Shown: positions 18,571 through 26,976 of the stretch, one piece after another
Numbering within the stretch: the first letter of the stretch is position 1
Layout: each line of letters begins with the position of its first letter
Assembly (NCBI GenBank): GCA_016432425.1
Contig: CP066688.1
Span: 20,368 to 84,367 of the forward strand
Source of the DNA: Candidatus Daviesbacteria bacterium
GTDB taxonomy: Bacteria > Patescibacteriota > Microgenomatia > Daviesbacterales > UBA10151
Reading direction: 5' to 3'
DNA length: 64,000 nt
The notes under the pieces: model-generated
Told to the model about the DNA's origin: nothing
Databases searched by the model: none
What the model saw: only the letters and a program-made list of their open reading frames with translations
Translations under genes and position numbers: made by a program

Positions 18571-19763
18571 TTTTTAGCCACTCGAGCAACTACCTCATCT
18601 AGGCGGACTGAGCGCGAGCCTTTAATTAAGCAAACATCACCTTTACCTAAATATTTTAAGAGTTTGGCAACAATTTGGGAATTTTGTAAATTACTCTCTA
18701 TACTTTGCTCCCAAAATCCTAAACTTTTTAGCTCTTCAGCGATAATTTGGGCGCTACCTCCCCCCAGCAACACCAAATCTGGTTTTTCCCGATAAATTTT
18801 GCGGGCTATCTCACGATGTAAGTCATCAGAATATTTACCTAGTTCCTTCATCTCGCCCAAAACTATAATTTTTCGGCGGGCGGGAATTTTCATTAAAGTA
18901 TCAATGGCTGCACAAGCAGCAGCGGGAGATGAATTATAGGTATCATCTAAAATAACTGAGTTATTCGGCCCCATTATTGGTTGTAGACGATGATCAGCTG
19001 GAGTCATTGACTCGAGGGCATTTTTGATTTTTATTAAAGGAACTCCATTACTAATTCCCAAAGCTGCGGCCGCTAAGGCCGGATAAACCTGATGTTCCCC
19101 CAACAGCTGATATTCAACTCTCACCCGTTCGACTCCATAATTTAGCTCAAAAATAGTTTTAAAATCTTCAATTTTAATATTCCCGGCCCAAACCTCACAA
19201 TTTTTACTATCAGTTCCAAAATAAATTACCTCAGCTTCAGTCGCTTCTTTTAACTTACGGGTATAAATATCATCATAATTTAAAATCGCCAGGCCATCTT
19301 GGGGCAGTTGGGCGACTAATTTACCTTTTTCCGCCATAATCTGCTCTACTCCACCCAAGAATTCGCTGTGAGCAAAATAGATTCTGGTGACGATGGCTGT
19401 TTTAGGCTTTACCAAGGATAAATAAAAATCCATTTCCCCCGGGTATTCTATGCCCATTTCTAAAATAACCTTTTTGATCTTGGGGGTAATTTTTAAAATA
19501 GTCAGGGGTATATTTAAAATCGGGTCTAAACTAACCTGAGAAGAAAGGGTGGGAAACTTTTTTGATAACACTGCTTGACATGCCAAAACGCAAGTAGTTT
19601 TACCGACTGAACCGGTCACGCCCACAAAAAGCTGCCGGGAAAAAAGTTTGGCATATTGACGAGCCAAAAAAATTCTAATCAGATGAAAAGGTTTTTTAAA
19701 AACAGAAATCCTGGTTTGATAAGGTGTTACCTGAGTCCAAATAGGATGTGAGCTAATGTCCAT
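18567..19763 (-). CDS. murF: MurF-type Mur ligase lacking the N-terminal domain
   Basis: GVTGSVGKTT, LEMG, DDTYNSSP, LGEMKELG, KGSRSVRLD. Confidence 0.85.
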   Translation of the reverse strand: MDISSHPIWTQVTPYQTRISVFKKPFHLIRIFLARQYAKLFSRQLFVGVTGSVGKTTCVLACQAVLSKKFPTLSSQVSLDPILNIPLTILKITPKIKKVILEMGIEYPGEMDFYLSLVKPKTAIVTRIYFAHSEFLGGVEQIMAEKGKLVAQLPQDGLAILNYDDIYTRKLKEATEAEVIYFGTDSKNCEVWAGNIKIEDFKTIFELNYGVERVRVEYQLLGEHQVYPALAAAALGISNGVPLIKIKNALESMTPADHRLQPIMGPNNSVILDDTYNSSPAAACAAIDTLMKIPARRKIIVLGEMKELGKYSDDLHREIARKIYREKPDLVLLGGGSAQIIAEELKSLGFWEQSIESNLQNSQIVAKLLKYLGKGDVCLIKGSRSVRLDEVVARVAKK

Positions 19764-19822
19764 TTTTAGATTATAACGGAACGTTACAAGAAGCGCTAGC
19801 GATTATACAAAAACAGGATTAA

Positions 19823-20410
19823 TTAATCGCTCGCCGCTTTAATCTTAAAAGTAGCTGACAAAATTACTTCCCTACCCAGTTTTAAGTTTTTGGGAGAAAT
19901 ATTTTCTATTTTGGAAGAAGGTGTGAGAATTCTGACTTTTTCTGCTGCTTGCTGCAGCAAGGCATTAATAAACAAATTTCCTCCAATTGATCCGGGTAAA
20001 CCAACAAAACTTTCACTTTTCAACCCCTGCTTAATTAAAAATTCCACAAAATTTCCGATGGTAACCCCAGAATCTGCTTCTACCAGAGCCTCTTCTACCC
20101 CAATGCCGAATTTAGAAACTTTACCTTTAATGGAGACTACTTTCATATCCTGGGAGCGATTTTTAATCACCAAACCTTCAAAACCTCTATCCGCAATTGC
20201 CATTTTGCTCCCCGTGCCGAAAAGTAAAAAGGGGATTTTTAATTGGCGGCAGTAGTCAATGACTTTAATAATTTCTCGCTGATTTGTAGCTACGAAAAAA
20301 AGTTTGGCCGGACCACCCAGTTTTAAGACAGTGTGATCAGATAATAGCTCATCTGTTTTGAATAAATTTTGTCCCAAGGAGCTGACAATTAATTTTAATT
20401 TAGTGTCCAT
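19823..20410 (-). CDS. murB: MurB-like protein, FAD-binding part only
   Basis: HTVLKLGGPAKLF, GTGSK, GLPGSIGG, VILSATF; ends at 195 aa without the MurB C-terminal domain. Confidence 0.75.
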   Translation of the reverse strand: MDTKLKLIVSSLGQNLFKTDELLSDHTVLKLGGPAKLFFVATNQREIIKVIDYCRQLKIPFLLFGTGSKMAIADRGFEGLVIKNRSQDMKVVSIKGKVSKFGIGVEEALVEADSGVTIGNFVEFLIKQGLKSESFVGLPGSIGGNLFINALLQQAAEKVRILTPSSKIENISPKNLKLGREVILSATFKIKAASD

Positions 20411-21617
20411 TTAAATACTTTTTAGCTACCTTTACATCTGACCAGGGAATTTCTGTTTTTCCGTCATAATTCATTGAAGTTTCATGTCCTTTACCAAAAA
20501 CTCCCACTGTATCATCCCTGCGAGCTAATTTCCTAATAGCAAATTCAATAGCTTTTTCCCGGTCACCCACCACAAAATAATCTTTATTCTCCTTAAACTG
20601 GTGATTAACACCGGCAACAATTTGTTGATTAATACTATCCAGTAATCCCCGAGGGTCTTCGGCAGTAATTACAGTAAGATCGGCTAAACTAGTCGAAATT
20701 CTTCCCATTAAGGGCCGTTTTTTTTCGTCACGCAACCCGGCACAGCCAAAAACAGAGATTAATCTACCTTTAGTTTCTTTCCTTAAAGTCTTCAAAGCTT
20801 GTTCTAAGGCGTTAGGTGTATGGGCAAAATCTACAATAACTTTAATACCTCGAGAATTTTTCAATACCTGCATACGACCACTCAAGTTAGAGAAATTTTC
20901 TAATGTTTGCTTAATTATTTTGTGATCTATCCCTAACTCAGAAGCTACTGCCGCAGCTGCTAAACCGTTAAGCAAATTATATTCCCCCAACATTTTTATT
21001 TTTAAAGGTAATTTAATAGGATTAAAATCAGCAGTTTTCGAAAAACCAAAGCTGATTATGTTAGACATCGAATGTGTTAAGTGAACCAACCTCTCAAAGT
21101 GTTTTTCGTCACGATTTAAAACAGCTACCTTAATATCTTTTATGAGTTTGGCTTTAGTCTGAAAATAATTTTCCCAAGTTTGGTGGTAATCTAAATGGTC
21201 ATGAGTAATGTTGGTGATAACTCCTATGTTAAATTTAATACCCCAAAATCGGAATTGATCCAAGGCATGAGAGGTTACTTCCAAAATTAAATATTCGTCT
21301 CCATGATCCAAAGCTTGTTTGGCAAATCTTTGGACCATAAAAGGGTCAGGGGAAGTCACATGGAAACCGGTATCTACCACCTTACCGGCAATTTCTGCAT
21401 TAACAGTGGAAACCATGGAAACTTTTTTGTTAGCCTCTTTAAGAATTTGATAAACCATATTGGTAGTGGTGGTTTTACCATCAGTACCGGTTATACCAAT
21501 CACAGTTAGTTTCCTGCTGGGAAATCCATAATAAATATTAGCCAAAATAGCTTTGGGTAAATGGAAAAAGATATTAATAATTTTTTGGGATAGCAAAGAT
21601 TTGATAAATTTTTTCAC
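20400..21617 (-). CDS. murE: MurE ligase lacking the N-terminal domain
   Basis: GITGTDGKTTT, EVTSHALDQ, TNITHDHLDYH, VDFAHTPNAL, FGCAGLRD, EDPR, GKGHE. Confidence 0.92.
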   Translation of the reverse strand: MKKFIKSLLSQKIINIFFHLPKAILANIYYGFPSRKLTVIGITGTDGKTTTTNMVYQILKEANKKVSMVSTVNAEIAGKVVDTGFHVTSPDPFMVQRFAKQALDHGDEYLILEVTSHALDQFRFWGIKFNIGVITNITHDHLDYHQTWENYFQTKAKLIKDIKVAVLNRDEKHFERLVHLTHSMSNIISFGFSKTADFNPIKLPLKIKMLGEYNLLNGLAAAAVASELGIDHKIIKQTLENFSNLSGRMQVLKNSRGIKVIVDFAHTPNALEQALKTLRKETKGRLISVFGCAGLRDEKKRPLMGRISTSLADLTVITAEDPRGLLDSINQQIVAGVNHQFKENKDYFVVGDREKAIEFAIRKLARRDDTVGVFGKGHETSMNYDGKTEIPWSDVKVAKKYLNGH

Positions 21618-21741
21618 TGAAGCTAATTATAGCAAAAGAAGTCTTAAAAATTAACTTTGAGAGGACATCTGCTTTTCAATAAATCTTATTCTTACTCTTT
21701 CCAAAATATCAGTATTGACGATATTTAATTGATAATATTTT

Positions 21742-21775
21742 TTTCAAAGTATATACGGCCGTAAAGAGTTTGAAA
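21742..21775. repeat. 34-bp imperfect palindrome, copy 1 (just 3' of PaaX-like gene)
   Basis: TTTCAAAGTATA-TACGGCCGTA-AAGAGTTTGAAA. Confidence 0.85.
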
Positions 21776-21779
21776 TAGA

Positions 21780-22280
21780 TTAATCTACATTATCAGTTTC
21801 AATCACCTTAACCCAGTCTTTAATTCCTATACTTTTGATGAACTCTCTTAACGGTTTTGTACAATCCTTTTTTGTTACCCAAACACTTTGCTGCCAAGGA
21901 AGAAACTCCCAACTTTTGAGTTTTTGTCTCAAGAGATCCCTTACTACTCGTCTTTTTTCGGGAATGTCAAAAATAACTATTCTCCATTTACCATCCCACT
22001 TATCTTCATTTATTAATAATTTTGTCAGTACCGCTTTCTCCTTCCCTTTATCCGTCAACTTTATTACTAACGTTTCATCATCAACAAAATCAATTAGACC
22101 ATTTTCTCGAAGTCTTCTAATCGCATTAGACAAAGCTGATTTATTTAATGGATAGTCCCAACCACTTCCCCAGGCATAATATTTTGGTTTGTGGATTAAA
22201 TCATCAAACCTCACATATCCATCAACTGTTTTTTCTAAAATTAGGAGAATTAATTTAGATAAACTTTTCTTTTTATACAT
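21780..22280 (-). CDS. PaaX-like protein: winged HTH plus Cas2/VapD-like domain
   Basis: ALSNAIRRLRENGLI...LTDKG (wHTH); WDGKWRIVIFDIPEKRR..R..LR..L...QQSVW (PaaX central/Cas2-like). Confidence 0.88.
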   Translation of the reverse strand: MYKKKSLSKLILLILEKTVDGYVRFDDLIHKPKYYAWGSGWDYPLNKSALSNAIRRLRENGLIDFVDDETLVIKLTDKGKEKAVLTKLLINEDKWDGKWRIVIFDIPEKRRVVRDLLRQKLKSWEFLPWQQSVWVTKKDCTKPLREFIKSIGIKDWVKVIETDNVD

Positions 22281-22281
22281 G

Positions 22282-22315
22282 TTTCAAGATTATCACGGCC
22301 GTAGATAGTTTGTCG
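22282..22315. promoter_or_regulatory. 34-bp palindrome, copy 2, covering the predicted promoter of the PaaX-like gene
   Basis: TTTCAAGATTAT-CACGGCCGTA-GATAGTTTGTCG; minus strand reads TCGACA-16 bp-GATAAT-8 nt-ATG. Confidence 0.75.
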
Positions 22316-22410
22316 ATTGAAAAAAACATTAGAAAATACAACAACCGCACAAGTGGAACATGATAGTGCCTTTGATGAAATTACAAGAGAAGTTATCTAT
22401 AAATAGGTCT

Positions 22411-24108
22411 TTATTCTTCTGGTGCAATTTTGTAGTAGGTAAAAAGATCTTGAGTAATCTTAAAAAAGGTGGGGGCGGCTGTTTCTGCTCCAAAGATTGA
22501 GGCTGAAGGTTGATCAAAACGCACCAGCATGACAAATTTAGGATGGTCAGCCGGAGCAAATCCGATAAAAGAAGCAATTGTTTTAGTGGGGTCATAATGG
22601 CCGGCCACCGGAATCTGAGCCGTACCAGTTTTTCCGGCAATTTTGAAACCTTTAGGTTTGGCAAATTTGGCCTCTCCCTCATCCACCGCTTTGACCATCA
22701 TTTCTTTCACAACTTGAGCGGCATTTTCTGATATGACATTTCTGATTACCCTAGGTTTGATTTCAAAAGTCGAGTTACCATCAACAATTGATTTGACTAC
22801 CTGTGGCTCCATCAAATTCCCCCCATTGGCAATGGCCGAAACTGCTGTGACCATTTGAATAGGAGTTATGGCAATACCCTGGCCAAAAGAGGTAGTTGCC
22901 AGATCAATCTCCCGCCAATTCTTTTTAGGACGAAGTGTGGGTGCAGTTTCATCTTGCAGATCAATATCAGTGGAACCGTCAAAGCCAAATTTTTGTAAAT
23001 AGGCATAAAATTTATCAAGCCCCAGTTTCCGGCTGGTAAATACCATTCCCGTATTATCTGAGTGGATGATTACATCTGTCATGGTTAAGCCGGGACGATA
23101 CTTGTTATCCCAAGTTCGAATCGAGTAATCATTCACTTGTACCGGCCCGCTACAGATATCACATTTAGTATCGCTTTTAACTACATCTTCATTAATAGCA
23201 GCTGACATCACCAGTACTTTAAAAGTAGAACCAGGTTCATATTGGTCAGCTACCACAGCATTTTTATAGTAGTCTTTAGGAAAATTACTAAATCTCAGTG
23301 GATCATAGTTAGGGTAAGCAGCTAGGGCTAAAATTGCTCCGGTATAAGGCTCCATTACCACCGCCGAGGCAGCCTTGGCCCCATACCGCTCCATAGATTC
23401 CTGTAAATATTTTTCCACCGTGTATTGAACTACCCGGTCCAAATTTAAGTTCAAATTTTTGCCATCTTTGGGAGAGTTACCTAAAAATCTGCCGATTAAA
23501 ATCGGCAGGCCAAAAACATCTTTTTCGCTAATTGCCGCCCCAGGAACCCCTCTCAACTCTCCATCATAAAATCCTTCTATTCCAAAATAACCGGTTGGCT
23601 CTCCGCGAGCGTCAGAGCCGACAAATCCCAAAAGCTTAGCAGAGGAAGATCCTTCCGGATAAAATCTGGTGCTGGTATTTTGGAAACCTATTCCTGGTAA
23701 ATTACTTTGCTCTACTTTTTTTTTAAGTGTTAAATCAATATTTTTTTTTAACTGTACCCAATATAAATCTTGAGATAAACTCTCTGAAAAACTCTGTTTT
23801 AAAGATATTTCCTCGGTTTCATCATTTGCTAAAATTTTTGCAAGTTTTGTAGAAACTTGCTTTTTTTGCTCTTCTGATAATGTTTTCGGCAAACCATAGA
23901 GATTAAAGACAAGTTGGGAGCTAGCTAAAATGCTTCCGTCAGAAAAATAAATCTGACCCCGAGTGGCAGGTTGTAGCTGCTCTTGCAGATGTTGCCGGTC
24001 AGCAGTGGCCGCCAAAAAATCGCCGCGCAACATTTGCCAATAAAATAATCTAGAGATAATTAAGGCAATGAAGATTAGGAAAAAAATCCGTAAAATTTTT
24101 AGCCTCAT
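22411..24108 (-). CDS. ftsI: Class B penicillin-binding protein (FtsI/PBP3-like)
   Basis: EPGSTFK (SxxK), SDN (SxN), AGKTGTAQ (KTG); dcw position. Confidence 0.93.
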   Translation of the reverse strand: MRLKILRIFFLIFIALIISRLFYWQMLRGDFLAATADRQHLQEQLQPATRGQIYFSDGSILASSQLVFNLYGLPKTLSEEQKKQVSTKLAKILANDETEEISLKQSFSESLSQDLYWVQLKKNIDLTLKKKVEQSNLPGIGFQNTSTRFYPEGSSSAKLLGFVGSDARGEPTGYFGIEGFYDGELRGVPGAAISEKDVFGLPILIGRFLGNSPKDGKNLNLNLDRVVQYTVEKYLQESMERYGAKAASAVVMEPYTGAILALAAYPNYDPLRFSNFPKDYYKNAVVADQYEPGSTFKVLVMSAAINEDVVKSDTKCDICSGPVQVNDYSIRTWDNKYRPGLTMTDVIIHSDNTGMVFTSRKLGLDKFYAYLQKFGFDGSTDIDLQDETAPTLRPKKNWREIDLATTSFGQGIAITPIQMVTAVSAIANGGNLMEPQVVKSIVDGNSTFEIKPRVIRNVISENAAQVVKEMMVKAVDEGEAKFAKPKGFKIAGKTGTAQIPVAGHYDPTKTIASFIGFAPADHPKFVMLVRFDQPSASIFGAETAAPTFFKITQDLFTYYKIAPEE

Positions 24109-24133
24109 AATGTAATTAGAAAGTCCCCTTCAT
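24105..24133 (-). repeat. 25-bp double-hairpin element bounded by ATGA
   Basis: Minus strand ATGA-AGGGGACTTTCTAATTACATT-ATGA between the ftsL stop and the ftsI start. Confidence 0.8.
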
Positions 24134-24399
24134 TCAGATAAATATTGTACGGCTTTTGCTTTGGAAAAGCCAAGGTTGGCAGCAGCTGAGGCGATATAAC
24201 TCAGGGAAGAAATACTGGCCAAATTGTTTTCCAGGCGCAAATTCTCCCAGTTAATTTCTTGTTGCAGTTTATTAATTTGTACTAATTTTTCTCCCAAACT
24301 AGCGGTAGTATTATTGGCCCAAATTTTTAAAATGGCCAAAATTAAAAGTAGGGCCAAACCGGCTACCAAGTATTTACGCCAATCCTTAATCTGGTTCAT
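24130..24399 (-). CDS. ftsL: FtsL-like protein
   Basis: TM + coiled coil + IASAAANLGF; between rsmH and ftsI. Confidence 0.7.
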   Translation of the reverse strand: MNQIKDWRKYLVAGLALLLILAILKIWANNTTASLGEKLVQINKLQQEINWENLRLENNLASISSLSYIASAAANLGFSKAKAVQYLSE

Positions 24400-25280
24400 G
24401 AAACTAATTTTTGAAAAACTCTAAGTTTGGCTGACCTGGCTCGGGGATTTTGATTAATTTCTCTCTCGCTGGGAAGTAAAGGTTTTTTAAAACTACTCTC
24501 ACCCAGCCCCATATTTTGCCAGTGGCGAAAAATGTTTTTCACCGCTCTATCCTCTAATGAGTGAAAACTAATCACTAAGACTAATCCGTCTTTTTCTACC
24601 ACTTTTAAACTTGCTTCCAAACCTTCTTTTAGAGCATTTAGTTCATCATTAACAGCTATCCTCAAGGCCTGGAAAATTTTGGTGGCGGGGTGAATTTTGC
24701 CACTTCTACCCACCTCTTTTTCAATTACCCGGGCTAAATCACCAGTTGTCTTAATTACTGGACGGGCGCTGACCACAGCAGCAGCCAGCTTGCGAGCAAA
24801 TTTTTCTTCACCCAATTTAGTAAATAATTCATTAAGTTCTCCTTTGTTTAAACCACGGATCAGATCCAAAGCAGTTACCGAAAGCTTTGGGTCCATCCTC
24901 ATATCCAGAGGGCCTTCTCTTAAAAAAGAAAAACCCCGCTCCGGAGTTTCTAGTTGTAGACTGGAAACCCCTAGATCAAAAATTACACCAAGAAATTTTT
25001 GATCGATTCCCGTCTGTGCTATTAAATTAGTTAAATCGCGAAAATTACCTTCAATTAATTGATACTGCTTCGCTGGAATTCCCTCTTGCTCAAACCTTTG
25101 GCTAGCTCTCTCTAGGGCTTGGGGGTCAACATCTATCCCCACTAGTTTACTTCCCTGCTTCAAAATTTCTAAACTATGTCCACCATCCCCCAAAGTACAA
25201 TCTAAATACCAGGCACCTTTTTGAATATGTAAGGCTACTAAAGTTTCCTTAAGAAGAACGGACTTATGATAAGTTTTCAT
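24396..25280 (-). CDS. rsmH: 16S rRNA m4C1402 methyltransferase
   Basis: HKSVLL, DCTLGDGGHS, DLGVSSLQL, PLDMRMD, ISFHSLEDR, NPRARSAKLR. Confidence 0.97.
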   Translation of the reverse strand: MKTYHKSVLLKETLVALHIQKGAWYLDCTLGDGGHSLEILKQGSKLVGIDVDPQALERASQRFEQEGIPAKQYQLIEGNFRDLTNLIAQTGIDQKFLGVIFDLGVSSLQLETPERGFSFLREGPLDMRMDPKLSVTALDLIRGLNKGELNELFTKLGEEKFARKLAAAVVSARPVIKTTGDLARVIEKEVGRSGKIHPATKIFQALRIAVNDELNALKEGLEASLKVVEKDGLVLVISFHSLEDRAVKNIFRHWQNMGLGESSFKKPLLPSEREINQNPRARSAKLRVFQKLVS

Positions 25281-25656
25281 ACTCTTCCTTCAGTTTAGCT
25301 AATTTTTCCTGCCAACGCGACTTGTCCCAAATCTCAAAATGATCACCCACTCCGATAATAACTATTTCCGAACCTAATTTTGCTAACTCTAAGAGAGTGG
25401 CAGGAATAACCAATCTTCCCTGATGATCCAACTCTGCGGAGTAGCTAGCAGAAAAAATTAATCGGCGCTCATCTAAAATCCGCTCTTCTAATTTAAAAGT
25501 GCTTTCCCAATCTTGCCGTGAATAACCTTCAATTACCTCTTCTTCTATCCTTAAAACTAGTTTTTTACCATTGATCTCTTCCCGTAGGCTTTTGGGCAGA
25601 ACCACCCTGCCAACACCAACAAATTTCATTTCAAACTGGCCTAAAAACATACTCAT
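25264..25656 (-). CDS. mraZ: Transcriptional regulator MraZ
   Basis: MFLGQF, GRVVLP, LDHQGRLVIP, GVGDHFEIWD. Confidence 0.92.
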   Translation of the reverse strand: MSMFLGQFEMKFVGVGRVVLPKSLREEINGKKLVLRIEEEVIEGYSRQDWESTFKLEERILDERRLIFSASYSAELDHQGRLVIPATLLELAKLGSEIVIIGVGDHFEIWDKSRWQEKLAKLKEEYENLS

Positions 25657-25680
25657 GCACGTATTAGGCAGTAACTACTT

Positions 25681-25762
25681 CCAATCTCAATCTTTCCCAA
25701 CCTTTTATCGTCTTTTCACGCCATCTATCACCATCATGCACCATTTTTCACATCCTTGTCAA
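25681..25762 (-). promoter_or_regulatory. dcw promoter with 10-bp-phased putative MraZ boxes
   Basis: Minus strand TTGACA (25757-25762), 18 bp, CATGAT; ATGG(T/C)G three times at 10-bp spacing. Confidence 0.55.
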
Positions 25763-25790
25763 TGGGTATTTTAAAAGAATAGGTGTAAAG

Positions 25791-26708
25791 CTATTTCACC
25801 CGTCGGGTGTTTAAGACAGCAAAGATGCCTGCTCCGGAAGCTGTAGTTGTTAATTTACTGCCGGAAATTTTAGTATCCAATTCCAACCACTTGTTTTCTC
25901 CCTCGTTAAAGTGATAAATTTTAGCTTCAGCCGGCGGATTTTCTGCCAATTCTAATGTGAGCGTTCCCGGTAGTAACTCTTTAGCCAAAGGTACATTTAC
26001 CGCATAAACTTTTCCCAGAACTTGTTTTTCCTCCGGCAGTTTCGGTAACCCAGTCAAGTCATTAATAATAGTGTGGCCAATTAAACTTAAATCTGCCCGG
26101 GCAGCTTTTATTTCATAATTAAAGTGCCCGTCTCCGGAAATTAAATTACCCAAAACTACATCCGGTTGCTGCAGATGCCAAGTAGTAACCATCCGGTAGG
26201 CTTTAGCGCCTTTTCTAATACGGAGTGTTAAAGTGCCATTTTCTACTCCTTTATCATATTTACAAACATTCTTACTGCAAGTTCCAAACAAAATTTCCTG
26301 TTGATATTCTCCTTTTTTCTCTGAGGTGTCAATTTTCCCCACCACTCCCCGGTCAATGGTGCCAGTGGAAACCCCCCCTTCATCTGTTGGGGGAGGAGCT
26401 TTACCACCGACTGTAGTTTCATCTACTCTGCTGGTATAAGCTAACTCATAAGTAATCTCATCATAAGAAGAAGTCCGCTTTAAATTTAGCTGCAGCGCAT
26501 TGCCATCCCGGCGAGGCAAAAGAAGGGCATAAGGACCTTCCGCGTCAAAATTTAAATCTACTTCGGTGATGTTTGCTTGGCTGGAAACCTGGTAATTTCT
26601 ATACAAAGACCAACCCCCTCCCACCAAAAGAATAAGTAAACTTAAAAGTATGATGGTAGTTTTATGAGTAATTATTAAAGCTTTAAGATTGCTGATCATA
26701 TTTTTCAC
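25791..26708 (-). CDS. Hypothetical membrane-anchored exported protein
   Basis: N-terminal TM, beta-rich body, FGTCSKNVCKYD Cys pair; start may be ATG 26699. Confidence 0.75.
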   Translation of the reverse strand: MKNMISNLKALIITHKTTIILLSLLILLVGGGWSLYRNYQVSSQANITEVDLNFDAEGPYALLLPRRDGNALQLNLKRTSSYDEITYELAYTSRVDETTVGGKAPPPTDEGGVSTGTIDRGVVGKIDTSEKKGEYQQEILFGTCSKNVCKYDKGVENGTLTLRIRKGAKAYRMVTTWHLQQPDVVLGNLISGDGHFNYEIKAARADLSLIGHTIINDLTGLPKLPEEKQVLGKVYAVNVPLAKELLPGTLTLELAENPPAEAKIYHFNEGENKWLELDTKISGSKLTTTASGAGIFAVLNTRRVK

Positions 26709-26976
26709 CGGTATTAGTATCCACTAAATTTTCTGGTCTAACTTTCTTTGGCAAGGGACTTACCTGTATCGTTCCCAAAACAAAATCATAATTTTTACCA
26801 CCTGCCTTACCTGCTTCAATTAATCTTTGAGCCCTACCCTCTGCCTTAGCTAGGGCTTCTTCCGGAGTACTACCTTCTCCGAAGTGGCTCCAAGACTTTA
26901 TTCCTCTTCCCGACCCGCTTACTACTTCTGTAGCTGATATATGATATAAAACAGTTTCTGGATTTTCTTTATCCAT
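26683..26976 (-). CDS. Small hypothetical protein
   Basis: ORF from ATG 26976 (MDKENPE...) overlapping the glyQS stop; fills the gap in a co-directional run. Confidence 0.5.
   Translation of the reverse strand: MDKENPETVLYHISATEVVSGSGRGIKSWSHFGEGSTPEEALAKAEGRAQRLIEAGKAGGKNYDFVLGTIQVSPLPKKVRPENLVDTNTGEKYDQQS

Noticed and set aside
21780-22280. True cas2 or phenylacetate regulator paaX
   Set aside because: No cas1, array or paa genes; the protein has a wHTH fusion and lacks the PaaX C-terminal domain.
22345-22360. parS site (GTGGAACA half)
   Set aside because: Only one half of the 16-bp palindrome matches; the same applies to TGTTTCAC near 1871.
21681-22418. Target-site duplication around the PaaX-like cassette (TTATTCTT at ~21686 and 22411)
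   Set aside because: An 8-bp AT-rich match is too weak without an empty-site comparison.
22329-22682. 117-aa ORF and the other short ORFs nested in or antisense to long genes (e.g. 12469, 19890, 21835, 24697, 27632, 49471)
   Set aside because: Alternative-frame or antisense shadows of well-supported genes, with no recognisable motifs.
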